A DNA stretch of 51,635 bases from Octopus bimaculoides (Eukaryota): assembly GCF_001194135.2 (NCBI RefSeq), contig NC_068994.1, forward strand, positions 42,509,995-42,561,629. Direction: 5' to 3'. Below the pieces are notes generated by a model. That model was not told the origin of the DNA. It searched no databases and worked only from the letters and a program-made list of their open reading frames with translations. Shown here one piece after another: positions 39,261-51,635 of the stretch. How positions within the stretch are numbered: the stretch's first letter is position 1; the number at the start of each line of letters is the position of its first letter. Made by a program: the position numbers and the translations under genes.

Positions 39261-40639
39261 CCAAAACGTTGGATACATTTGGATTTATTCAAATGGTTTT
39301 ATAAGACATTCCACAGTCACTATGGTATATTTACTTGGTTGTATTGATTTCTCCTGATATTTATGGGTTTTATGTGTCCCAGAATAAAATTACTTATCCC
39401 AAAACATTGCAGCTATTTATTTTGTTTAACCCTACAAAGTGAAAGAATAAGTCATACGGAACTTGAATTGGAAACTATTAACTATTATTCCTTTTAAACC
39501 TTTTTGCTTTAGTGTGTGAAATAAATAAATAAAATTTTTAAAAAATAAATATATAACTGTGTAACCTTGACTTTGTAGCATGTGCCATGCCCCTGCTAAT
39601 TGTTTTAGGTGCCTATGTTGTTGTGCACTGATATGGATACCTACTTTGCCTTCTGTCCTTTTTACCCCAGCAGAAATTCAAAGATGTGACACCTTGAGAG
39701 TGAAAGAGTTGCACCTGTACTAGGCTGGTACTTATTTTCAGCAGAGCAGACTGGATTAATGCAAAATGAAGTGTCTTGCTCAAATACAGGACATGTAGCC
39801 TGGTCCAGAAATCAAAATCACAACCATATGATCATGTTCCCAACACCCTATCCCCTAGACCAAGCACCTCTACTTTAGTATGTGTCATCTTTATTTCATC
39901 CAATAGAACTTGATTTAACATTTCTGTATTTGGATGTTTTGCTTAAATATAATGGCCACTATGAAGAGTGGTGCTTAATAGGTGTGATGGTCTAAATATT
40001 ATAACTGTCCTGGGCATGATATTAAACTGCAGCCAGTTGTGAGGCTCTAGTTCAGGAGTCCAAGAGTTTCAGAGAGTGTAGAGTTACTCCTTAGTTACCT
40101 CTACTTGCATATCTGTTCTGGTCCAGAATGGTGATACATGCTAAGGGCTCCAGTTATGGGTCAAATAGCAAGAGATAATTCCTGTAGCTAAGGCATTAAG
40201 GACTTGAGGGAGATGTGTCACAGAAGCCCACATACATTTGGCCATAATCTGATGTCATGTGAACCAGTCCTTCTCCCTAATTGTGAAACAGGCCCTGTTC
40301 TTCAAAGGTGAGTTCAGGAGAGTTGAAGATTAACACAATAAACTGTAAGTAACCAAGCAGCAGGCAACAAGAATCACTGCTGTAACTTTCCTTAGAAAAA
40401 AAATCATGTATCATCAAGCTTATGGCTAGGCAGTCTTTGATGGCCAACCCCTATAGACATGACATGTGACAGAAAACTGCACTTTCCTGAGTCTCTAGCA
40501 ATAACATATAATGAAGTATTCTATGACCCAACACATATAACTATAGAATATATACTGTGAAGAAATATATATGTAAATATATTAATAGAGCTACTATGAG
40601 AAGGATTCAGGGATGTTGTTATAATTAAAAAGCATTAAG

Positions 40640-41010
40640 CTAGCATGGCTGTATGGTAAGAAGTTTGCTTCCCAACCACTTGATTTTGGGTTCAGTCTCA
40701 CAGTGTGCTACTTTGTGCCTTCTACTATAGCCTTCTACTATAGCCCTTGTCTAACCAAAGACTTGGTAGATGGAAACTAATGCATATATGTGCATGTAAA
40801 TATATTATGTATGAGTGGGTCTTTGTGTCTGTCACCCTCTGCTCAACAACTTGTGTTGGTTTGTTTATGCTCCTTTAACTTAGTGATTCAGTAAAAGAGA
40901 CCAATACAGTAAGTACCAGTCCTTTAAAAAAATAAATACCAGGGTTGATTTATTTGGTTAAAAAACCCTTTGAGGCATCACCCCAGTGTCTCTGAAGGCC
41001 ACTGGTTAAA
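40640..41010 (+). mobile_element. SINE family A copy in protocadherin intron 1
   Basis: Head ggctgtatggtaagaagtttgcttcccaacc and a degenerate tail. Confidence 0.7.
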
Positions 41011-44000
41011 ACAAGGGAAAGATAAAATAATATTTAGTGCTTATCAATTCTGACCTAAAATCCTATCCTAAGTAATATGAACACAGTAACTCTCCTTGGC
41101 TAAACACTAGAGTAATGTACAAATGTTAAAAGCTCTGTTATCACCATATTTACTGTCAATAAATGTATTTTAATAATGAAGCGATAACACAATGCCATCA
41201 TGAAAGTGATAACAGACACACCATAATCATTCTGCTTGAGTAAAATCTAATTTGGAATGAGTTTAGTGTAAGAATAACAATACTCTCCTTCTTCTAGAGA
41301 TTAATTCCATATTTGATCTGGAATCCTTCATCAAAGTAAAATGCTTCATCAAGAATATCCAAAATATTCATTTCAAATTTTGGTACAAAACCATCAAGCT
41401 CAGAGGAAGGGTTAAGACAATTGCATCGACCCCAGTGCTCAAATGGTACTTATTTTATCGATCATGAAATGATGAAAGGTAAAATCAACCTTGGTGGATT
41501 TGAACTCAGAACATAAAGACGGATGAAATGCAGTTAAGCATTTTGCCTGGTGTACTAATGATTCTGTCAGCTTATTGTATTAAGAAAATCCAAAATATTA
41601 ATGGATAAGATGCTGAATAAATAGAATCAAAATTTGTCACTCAGTTGTCATCTTGAGAAAAACCATTTTAGTAACAGCAATGTAAAAAATGTTTTCCTGT
41701 AATAGTAAGAGTAAAGACCTCCTTCGGTCATGAATGACCATAGGATTGCATTTAGAAAGTTCCCCTCTGAGGCACAAGTTTGGGTAAGGATGTTTGTGCT
41801 TGGGCAGCAGTCACCCATGCATACCAGTCTCCCCTCTCTATCTTGCCTATGTTGTCAAAAGGAAAAGCAAAAGCTGATACAGCTTGGACCAGTGACAGCT
41901 CATTTCAACAGCTGAGTGAACTGGAGCAATGTAAAATAAAGTGTCTTGCTCAAGAACATAACACACAGCTCAGTCCAGGAACTGAACTCATAACTTCATG
42001 ATTGAAGCCCAATGTCCTAACTACTGAGCCATGTGCCTGCACATCTGCCTGTAGCAGTTCATAATAAAATAGGAAGTTTCTCTATATCTTTAAAATTCTT
42101 TGATGCACCAATAAGAAACCTTTGCATAACTGCATGATCAGTGAGAAATAGCAGACAATCAGAGTACAGCCAATCATCACTCGTGAGCAAGCATGGCTTG
42201 GTAGAAAAGTTCAGTGTAGTTGAGCATCACTTATAAACATGTATGCTTTAGTAGCATGCACCATACATTTGATAGTTGGTTTAGGCACTAATGTAGTCAC
42301 AAGCAGATATAGAAAACCTTTTGTTCCACACAGAGTTCATCAACAGAACATCTAGGATGTGGTAGGTGTAAGGAGAGAGGGTTGCTTATAATTTTTAAAT
42401 CAAATATTTGCACAGATGTACTTTACAAACAATTTGATTCGAATAACATTCTAGTATTTAATGGTATAAATAATGCCAAGCAGATGAACTTTTAATTATG
42501 GAAGTCTTATTGAAACCTTCACTCTAAATTAATCATTTCCAGTTAGGAGGTGACAACCTAATATTTTACTTTATAAAAATAATCGAAATTGAGTTATATT
42601 AAAATTACCAGTGAGCTTGTACTCATTTACAGTTGAGTAGACTGGAGCAACATGAAAATGAAGTGCCTTGCTCAAGGACATGATGTACCACTCAGTCCAG
42701 GAACTGAACCCATGAGCTTATGATTTTTAGTTGAACACCTTAACCACCAGGCTGTATGCTTTTATTTGCAGATAAATCCTTCTCAAATAAAAATCTATGT
42801 CTTAAGAAAAAAATAGAATGATACATTGTGTGGTGCAATATGATATACCCTTAAGTTGATGAGGAGATGTTCATGTTTGATCAAAGGTCAGGCTCTATCA
42901 GTGTTGACCTCAGACTAAACAACTACAACAACTCCTATTTCAAGAACATAGTTAAATAGATTCAGATATTTATAGAAATCAAATTAAGTTAGATGTACCA
43001 TGGGTAAGAAAAAAAGAATTGATAAAACTTTCTCTGTTAATTATACCTCTGAAAAGAACCGACCATTGAAAAGACTTTGGATTAAGAAAAGAAATATCAA
43101 TCATTGTTCCTCGGGTATTGTAAGAGATAAATAAATCTAATTATCAAATATTTTAACATCATATGGAGAAATAATACCATAATGAATCTTTTGTTACCAA
43201 AATTTATGGTAAAATCAATTAGGCAGACACAAATGGTAAAAAAAAAACAACGTAAGGTTTTACTGACACTAACATATGATGTCAAACCTATAATCATATG
43301 CAACTAAATAGTATTTATCTAATGATTTTTCCAAAATAATGGAAGATATATATTCTTATTGGTAGACTAATGACATCCTTTTCAATCTTGTTTTACAATT
43401 TATTTGCTTAATTTTTAGGCTACAAAAATTATATCGTGAATATTGAATAGTTTCTGTGCCAAACCTATCATTTGAGAGAAAAAGCAATAAATCTATGGAG
43501 AAATTTGCGTCAATGAAATAAATCCCCACAAATATACAGTTTCCAATAAAATATCTAGAAGTAACATAGACTAAGATACAAAATATTCCCTGAAAACTAC
43601 TCCTGAACAAATACTTTTAACAGTTTATTGCTTTCTCCTTCATTAATTCTTTTGTTTGTTTTTTTGTTTTATTAACTGACTGATTATGATAAATTATTTC
43701 TTGAAATAATGAAGTAATCAAATTCTAATGAATTCTTTGGCATTATTAGGTCAAATAATAAAACTGAGTTATTTTTGATTTGTTTATGTCTGTTAAGAGT
43801 GTGTGGATGTATGTGTGTGTGTGTATGCATGTGGGTGTATGTTTGTAAGTGTGTGCATGTGTGTGAATGTAGGTGTTTTAGTATTTCAATGTATAAAAAG
43901 TGTCTTTATAGCTGAGTGTATGCTGTGTGTTTTTTGAGTGTACATACACATATTCCTGTCAGTATATATACATGTAGTCATATACATACACGCACGCACA

Positions 44001-44024
44001 CACACACATACATACACATATATA

Positions 44025-44065
<41 letters not shown>

Positions 44066-45176
44066 GCATACATATGTATGCATATATATGCATGCATACA
44101 CATGCATGCATAAATATATGTAAGCATGCATGTATGTATGCATGCATGCATGTATGTATGTATGTATGTATGTATGTATGCATGTATGCATGCATGTATG
44201 TATGTCTGTGTGAACGTGCGTGTATGTGATATCCATATGTATAACTGTTTGAAACACTTTGTGCATATATATATCAAAGTTTTTGTGCCCAGATATATAG
44301 ATGTTTAGATATATTTCTCTCAATGTGCTCTATGGTTATGCATGTTCTTACCTTAGTGTATTTCTATGTATGAAATATGAAAAGAGGAGTAATTATTTTT
44401 CTAGTGTGGCACAAAGGTCAGAAGCAATTATCTCAAAAATTTCTAAACAAGCAAATTTATTCATTCAGAATCATTTACAATTCGTAACTGCAGCTATTAT
44501 TTTTAGTTGCCTTTATTGCTATAAATGTTACTTTTTTTTTTCATCAATCTTAAGCTGAACTTATTGGTGAAGATTCATTTTCATAGTGAAATTAATTTTT
44601 GCTATGATTAGTTTAGATGAGAGAAGAACTTGAGAAGGGAGAATGGGTTTTAGCTTTAATAAAACTGAAAGTAGTTTAAAAGAATCAGATATTCATTTCA
44701 CTAAATTTTAATCTTCCATAAATACAGAAGAAAATAACGAATGTTGAAATGTATAGTTAACCAGCAAGAGCTATTTATTAGTGATAATCCCTTGGGGACA
44801 AGAATAATCTTGAATTACAGAGAAGGGGGAAAAATTTGTAATCACTAAGAAAATGTGGTTTAAAATCTCCAGTGTTTGCTGACCTGACATATTGATTTCC
44901 AATAATGAATTGCAGAAGTGTCCCTTAGTCATCTAAAATGCTCAGACTGTGTTATTTTATACCAGTGATCAAATTCTTTATATTAATCTTTGTGAAAATG
45001 ACATACTAAACAGGCAACCTTTAAAGTAAAGTATTACAACAGCATGGCAGGACATAAATTCTCATAGCTTCTATCTATTAGTTAAGTTGATACTCTGTCA
45101 TGAATTTAAATACTACATCCCTTTCCTTACAAACAAAGATCCCTGTAATAAGAAATAATAACATGAAAGAACTCAC

Positions 45177-47573
45177 TTGTGTAGCTATAGGCAGCTTTTT
45201 TACCATTGTAGATGTCCTCCATTCATTTTCTAATTCATTTTCTGGATAAAGGTGACTTTGTGATTTTAATGAATGGGTAGTTTTATTTATCATTTCTTTC
45301 TGATTTCCGGTGTTGATGACAGGGTTGTTAGTTCGAGAGATCAAATATTTCTCTTCATTCTTTATCCGACTTGGCGTAACTATTTCAGCTCTGTGTGATG
45401 CATTTTTACTATTGTTGCATCTGACAATGCAAATTGATATTGAAATGACAACTGCCATTGATACAGTTACTGCTGCTAAGGTAATAATTACTACCAAGCT
45501 CAGATGTATTCTTTTATCACTATCAGAATGGGCAACTGCCATCTTCTCAGAAGTTTTGTTGCTAACTGTTAAAGTTATGGAGAGATTGCTTGCAGCTGAC
45601 AAAACTGGAATCCCACTGTCTTTGACAATGCACTGCAAATAATACAACCCAGCATCACTTTGATAAACAGTTCGTGAAAATGTTAACACTCCAGTGTAAG
45701 GATTGATAGTAAAAAGTTGTTTGTTATTTCCACGGATTATTTTGTAACGAAGAAATGAATTCCGTGGACTATCGTTATCTATAGCTTTCAAAGTGATAAT
45801 TTTTTTGTTGTTATGTGGTTCATAATAAACATCCAAATTAAAGGGACTGATGCTCGGAAAAGTAAAATATGGAGCATTGTCATTTTCATCCATCACTTCA
45901 ACTACAACATTAACTGTGTTGTTTAGGGGAGGAATTCCATTGTCTTTCACCAAAACTTGGAATACATATATGTCTTGACGCTCGTAATCCAAAGCTCTTT
46001 TTGTTAAAATAAATCCATTGTCAGTAATTTTGAAAGGTAAAAGTGTGGCATTTTTGCCATACAAAGAATAAGTAAGCTGTCCACCAGCACCCATGTCTGG
46101 GTCAGTGGCATTAACAAGTCCAACAGGAAAATTTACCTCTTCATTTTCATAGGTCAGAAATTTAAATGTCTTTTTTGTAAACTGGGGCTGTACATCATTT
46201 ACATCAACAACTTTAATGAAAAATTTTTTCTCAGTCTGCAGAGGAGGATGTCCTCTGTCTTGGCAAATTATTTTAACATTAAATAAATTCTTTGCTTCTC
46301 TGTCCACAGAATTCTTCAGAAGCACTTTGTATTCCTTAACTTCCATGGATCGTAATTGAAACCTGTCATGATCTAAAGAACAAGTGACCTCTCCATTTCG
46401 TCCAATATCATTATCAGTTACCATGACATAAGCTATGAAACTTCCAACTTTAATTCCTTCTGATATTGTTACAGTGTTTTCTGAAAAGGCCGAAACAAAG
46501 TTGACATCTATATTTGGTGGGTTGTTCTGTTGGTTAGTGACTGTGATCAAAACTATAGCAGTAGAACGTAGTGGAGGATTGCCTCCATCTTGAGCATCAA
46601 CAAAGAGCTTATAAGACAGTTTTTGAATGGAGGGAAATTGTTTTATAGCAAATATTTCTCCTGTGTTTTCTTCTACTTGGAAATAAGATTGAGCAATGTC
46701 TGTTGTTTTAGAACTGAAATGATATGTTACTCTTCCATATCTACCAGAATCTAAATCTTTGGAAGATAAGACAGCAACTGGTGTATTCATTTGATGAGTA
46801 TGTTTGATAGAAATATTGTAAATACTCTGAGAAAATACAGGCGGATTGTCATTTTCATCATTGACTGATATTTTTACATTTAATAAACCTTGCTTGGATG
46901 GAAATCCACCATCTTTGGACACAATTTGAACCAAGTAGTTTTCCCTTAATTCTCTATCAAGTTTGGCTTCCAGTGTTATTTCAAGTTTAGCTCGGCCATC
47001 AACTCTCTTAGAAGTAGACAAAGTGAAAGGTTCATCTGAATTCTTTCGAAGTTGATATGTGATTTGGGAATTCAGAATGCCAACATCTTTATCCACTGCA
47101 TCTGGAATTGATTGAGTTGTTCCTTCTTTATCATTTTCATCAAAAAAGAGTTCGACTTCTTTATCTGGAAATTTTGGTTCATGATCATTAACATCTTTGA
47201 TAAAGACCTTAATTTTTAAAATCCTCATGAAAGTTCCTGCTTGATGAACTGCAATTTTGATAGTTTTAAAACACTCTACATTATAAACACAGAGTGTTTC
47301 AGCATCTAGGACTTTAGCTGTGTACAACTTTCCTGTTCGCGAAACATTGAAGAGGTCTGAATCACTTGTAGCACTCTGTTGTAACTGACTGAATCTAATT
47401 AACTCAGGATTTTCAACAGGTATACTGTCCAATAGTTGTGTGTCAGCTGCAATATCACCGACATAAGTACCCGGACTTTTTTCCTCTTCAACATAATAAG
47501 TTAGTTTCCCGCTCAGGCACTGAGGGAACAAAGCAAACACTATATACACCAATACTAACATATTTATACTCAT
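45177..47573 (-). CDS. PCDH: Protocadherin, main coding exon (signal peptide, 6 extracellular cadherin repeats, TM helix, proximal cytoplasmic tail; 799 codons)
   Basis: The ORF has a signal peptide (MSINMLVLVYIVFALFPQCLS) and cadherin motifs DVNDHEP, DxDxG, LDRE, DENDNPP, VDRE, DVNDVQP, LDYE, DENDNAP. EC1 has a DAETLC..C loop, and the TM segment is LSLVVIITLAAVTVSMAVVISISICIV. The whole ectodomain lies in one exon. A donor CAA|GTGAGT at 45177/45176 (phase 0) means the last 32 aa of the 831-aa track ORF are probably intronic. The symbol is family-level only; no orthologue is assigned. Confidence 0.97.
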
Positions 47574-47641
47574 AAGCTGTTACATTCAAAAGATCATAGC
47601 ATCGATATTTTTCTGAAAAAGAAAAGAAAAAGAAAAGAAAT
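47574..47641 (-). promoter_or_regulatory. 3' splice acceptor plus 39-nt 5' UTR portion of the protocadherin main exon
   Basis: The minus strand reads TTTCTTTTCTTTTTCTTTTCTTTTTCAG|AAAAATATCGATG... with AG at 47614-47613. The strong polypyrimidine tract implies an upstream non-coding exon. Confidence 0.75.
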
Positions 47642-48876
47642 TTAGTTGGAAAATCAGTCAAATACATTTATAAATTTATGAACAGATTTATAAACAAAAT
47701 AAAATGGGTAAATATTTCATAAACAAAATGTAATGAGAGAAGCAATAGCTAAGTTATTTTATATAAAGTAATTGAAGATTATTTGTCTTTAGATATATTA
47801 TTTTTGTATGCTATTCATTAGAATACAGAATGAATTCATAAAGAGCTAAATTATAAGAATGAAATGTGTATTGTTAAATAGTTGCTGTACTATTGAAATG
47901 AAAAGGGAAATGGAATAGAGTAAGTGATTCTAGAACTATTCACAGGGTAAAATCTGAATTCCGAAGAAAATGGCCATATCTAGGGATGGTAACAGTTAGT
48001 CCATGGGAGAATTTGTAGAAGAGTTTAATAAGTTTAGTTGTTGTAAGGAATGAAGAACTTAACGTTTCAGAGCCATTGCAATTTGTGTGAGAGTGAAGAC
48101 AAAGAGAATTGTTGTCGTCGTTTTTGTTTTAGTTTAACCAACAAAACAACAAAGCCATTCTCTTTCTCTTTCCCCCACTATCAATTGAAGGATAAGAGTC
48201 ATAAATAACATGTTCCTCACCTCTCATGGCAAATGAACCTATAAATGTGGTTCTATGAACTCTCCTAAAAAGATTCAGATTACTGACAGGGGTGGGGGAA
48301 GCTTTGCTCCTGCTGTCTGGGAGGAGATATATTAATATTAGTACAAGATAAAAAGATTTATGTAACATACTTGTTATGGTGCAGTGGTATGGACATTATT
48401 TTGTAATTGTAGCAAAGAATATAGAAGTTGGAGGAAAAAGCAGAACAGTAAGACTGGGATAGATTATTGAACTTGGGAGAAACATCACTGATGCAACAAT
48501 CAAGGCAATGTCCTCATTTATGATTAAAAAGTTTTATACAAGCAAGCAGTCTTCAATGGAAGAAAAACTAATTTTAATTATGTAATATATTGCATGTGGT
48601 GAAATACCCCACAAAAGATTCCTGAGAGGTAGGAGTATCATTAAATTAATTGAATTACAAATGATCAAATTAAAGAGACACCAGAAAACTAGTGAAAATG
48701 AAAGATGTTCATTTACTGACAGAAAAAAAAGAAAAGATCACAAAGAAATGCGCAAGGAAACACAAGAGTTAGAAACTTGATTGTCTATATTTCTAAATTT
48801 GGATAACTTTGTATGACAAGAATCCTGACTCTTTTTAATAAAGTTCTTTGTTGGAAAGAGAAATAATTTTTCTAAG

Positions 48877-49026
48877 CACAGGCATGGCTGTGTGGTAAGA
48901 AGCTTGCTTACCAGGTTCAGGCCCAATGCATGGCACCTTGGGCAAGTGTCTTCTACTATAGCCTTGGGCCAACCAGAGCCTTGTAAGTGGGCCTGGTAGA
49001 TAGAAACTGAAAGAAGCCTGTCACAC

Positions 49027-49083
<57 letters not shown>

Positions 49084-49280
49084 GTATTTGTATGTCTGTG
49101 TTTGTCCTCCCACTACTACTTGACAACTGAACTTAGCGGTTTGGCAAAAGAGACTGATAGAATAAGTACTAGGCTTACAATGAATATGTCCTGGGGGACA
49201 ATTTGTTCAAATAAAGGTGGTGCTTCAGCTTAGCCACGGTCAAATGATGGAAATGAGTAACAGGATAAAAGAAAGAATAA
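48877..49280 (+). mobile_element. SINE family A copy upstream of the protocadherin main exon
   Basis: Head, (TA)n and tail all recognisable. Partial heads also occur at 26560-26720, 35165-35330 and 37140-37262 (+), and at 16670-16770, 32385-32510 and 32660-32760 (-). Confidence 0.75.
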
Positions 49281-49283
49281 AGA

Positions 49284-49767
49284 TCTAACAGCTATGTACA
49301 GATCCTTTTGTTAGTCCAGCTAGACTTAGTACATTTAGTACAAATACTATTAGAGTAGTTGTAGAGCCTATTTTTAAAATAAACTTGGTGAATATAACAA
49401 GTAACAGACTCGGATTAATTCAAATAACTTTGTTCCTTACAAGAAATTCTGCATATGTCAAATCAAAAATAAAGTAAATAATAAGATTTAGTAGCTTTAA
49501 ACTTTAAATATTTTATAGGAAATAATTAACATTTCAGTCTGCAAGAAACATAAATTTTAAGGAAGTTTCATACTTCAGAAAAGCCAAGTAAAATATATTT
49601 ATACATGTTGGTAAGTGAATAAATGTTAACATGTATTTTTGTGCAGTTATGTGAGTGTGTGTGTGTGTCTGTGTGTCTGTGCGTGTATGTGTGTCTGTGT
49701 GTGCAAATATATGTAAATATATATATGTGCATATTTGTGTATGAGTTTCTCTGTGTATGTGTATATG

Positions 49768-49808
<41 letters not shown>

Positions 49809-51172
49809 GCACATATACATACACACATATATATGCATGAATATATATGAAGATGTCTAAACATTTACAAATGTTCAACATTTTGTGCAATTAAAAGTTT
49901 AAAAAATTCCAAGACATTTCAATACTGAATTCCTTCAACTTTGATATTTCCAAATTAATTGAATTTTCTTTATTTCATGTTTTATACTGAGATAAACTCT
50001 GCATAAGCAACAGCTAAACCATATAGAGAGTAAATCTTATTAAGTTTATAAAGTTGCTAAACTAACTTTTCCAAAGTATGTTACATTAGAAATAAATATG
50101 AAATTTTAAAGAAGCGAGCCTAAGTAACTATCGATATATATGAATATGTATGTATGTACACACGCATATATATGTATATATATAAGTATATGCATGTGTG
50201 TGTGTGTGTGTGTGTGTAATTTTAAATAAATGTATCTATGCCTGTATGTATATATATGTAAAATGTATAATGTATAATCTATGTGTATGTATGAGTAATG
50301 TTTTGGTATGGTGTATTTTTTTTTTCTGCTTATTTAATCTTATTTGCCTTATTAATCCATATGTGCTGAAGGGTAAGTCAGATTGTTAAAAATACAGTGA
50401 AAAGCAAACTGCTTTTAGTTTGATAAAGATACAGATGGAGGTTTGTTTTGTTACATAATTCCAGTCAGCTCTGAGAAAAGCTATTTCATAGAAGTATCTG
50501 CTTAAATAAAAATAATTGGTCATTTTTTTTTAAGCTATACACAAAGCTGTTTCTATTATGTGGTATACTGCTATTGTGTAGTATACTGTCAACTGGCTTA
50601 AGACCGAAAGTATATAGTCAGCTTGTTAAAGATGGGTTGGTCCCAAATTTGTCTTCATTTATGACTGTATCTATAAGAAAATCACTTGGTTTCCTAAAAA
50701 GTAGAATCATATTAATGGAGCTAGTCATATATCAAGATAGAGAGTGTTCCCTGACAGAGGCTTTGCTGTCACATTAAACAAGAAGTCCTTATCATTTGCA
50801 TTAATTATCATAAATTATCACTAACCATCATTGCTTTAGCAAACATTTAAAGCATTGGTCTATATCAACGTTTCTCAACTAGGGCTCCCCAGAACCCTTG
50901 GGTTCCACAAAAGGTTCCTAGGGGTTGCGTGAGAAAGTATAAGATAAGCTAATGCTAATTCATGATCGTAATATTACTAAACATGCACAACATATAATTG
51001 GTTATTGTAATATTGCAATATAGAGGTCTAACAGCTATGTACAGATCCTTTTGTTAGTCCAACTAGACTTAGCACATTTAGTACAAATACTATTAGAGTA
51101 GTTGTAGTGCCTATTTTTCAAATAAACTTGGTGAATATAACAAGTAGCAGACTCGGATTGATTCAAATAACT
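49284..51172 (+). repeat. 146-bp direct repeat pair (49284-49429 and 51027-51172)
   Basis: Manual alignment gives 6 mismatches in 146 bp and no indels. Confidence 0.9.
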
Positions 51173-51210
51173 ATCTAACCTATTATGTTATCAAAAACAT
51201 ATAACAACCA
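50865..51210 (+). mobile_element. hAT-type non-autonomous element, left part, homologous to 21669-21855
   Basis: caacgtttctcaactaggg end and shared gataagctaatgctaatt...ctaacctattatgttatcaaaaa. Confidence 0.6.
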
Positions 51211-51237
51211 TAAATATATATATATATATATATATAT

Positions 51238-51308
51238 ATCAGTCAAATCGTCCAACCCATGCTAGCATGGAAAGCGGACGTTAAACGATGATGATGATGA
51301 TGATGATA
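51238..51308 (+). mobile_element. ~70-bp 5'-truncated RTE 3' stub in (TA)n
   Basis: cagtcaaatcgtccaacccatgctagcatggaaagcggacgttaaacgatgatgatg. Confidence 0.8.
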
Positions 51309-51635
51309 TATGTATATATATGTCTATAATCTTTCTTGTGCTGGAGTTCCTTGAGACATGTAATTTATTTTAAGGGTTACGCATCATCATCATTGTCATC
51401 GTCATCATTATCATCATCATTGTCTCAATGTCCATTTTGGCATGCTTGCATGGGCCAGATAGAAATTCATTGAGGCAGATTTTCTATGGACTGATGCTCT
51501 TCTGTCACCAACCATCCCCCGTTTCAAAGCAAGATAATATTTCCCTATGATCAAACATATCTTTTTAGAAGACTGGAAATGAATAACACTTCTTGTACGA
51601 CAGTGACACCCATTTCCAAGAATTATGTGTATATA

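Noticed and set aside
45078-45176. Last 32 aa of the 831-aa track ORF as the normal C-terminus or a second TM helix
   Set aside because: A consensus GTGAGT donor and an in-phase downstream exon explain it as intron.
45310-45642. 110-aa plus-strand ORF
   Set aside because: Antisense shadow of the protocadherin coding sequence.

Overview
AT-rich, microsatellite-dense animal genomic DNA with eight N gaps. The (TA)n/(CA)n density, the SINE/RTE repeat families and the protocadherin type point to an octopus genome (inference, not a database result). The main gene is a minus-strand protocadherin. One 2.4-kb exon (47612->45177) encodes a signal peptide, six cadherin repeats, a transmembrane helix and the start of the cytoplasmic tail. 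The ORF track misses a clean phase-compatible second exon (38465->38321, IYSQQVAMTSDG...WSERYTGQYEELP) and a probable terminal exon (20480->~18780, VLNLISRKESLEF* plus a ~1.7-kb 3' UTR). Together these give an ~860-aa model. The 39-nt leader before the ATG holds three tiny uORFs and a second possible acceptor that would skip them. A CpG-rich promoter-like patch at ~14.05-14.46 kb suggests that the next minus-strand gene starts about 4 kb downstream, with a candidate exon at 9591->9461. The rest is transposon debris: tRNA-type SINEs, RTE LINE pieces, Tc1 and hAT remnants, a hAT MITE, a candidate solo LTR, and a degenerate ORF combining Myb/SANT-like and CCCH zinc-finger motifs at 11.8-12.8 kb. 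Nearly all (YI)n/(CV)n/(HT)n/X-containing ORFs in the track are artefacts. Splice models and repeat boundaries were read by eye and are not transcript-verified.
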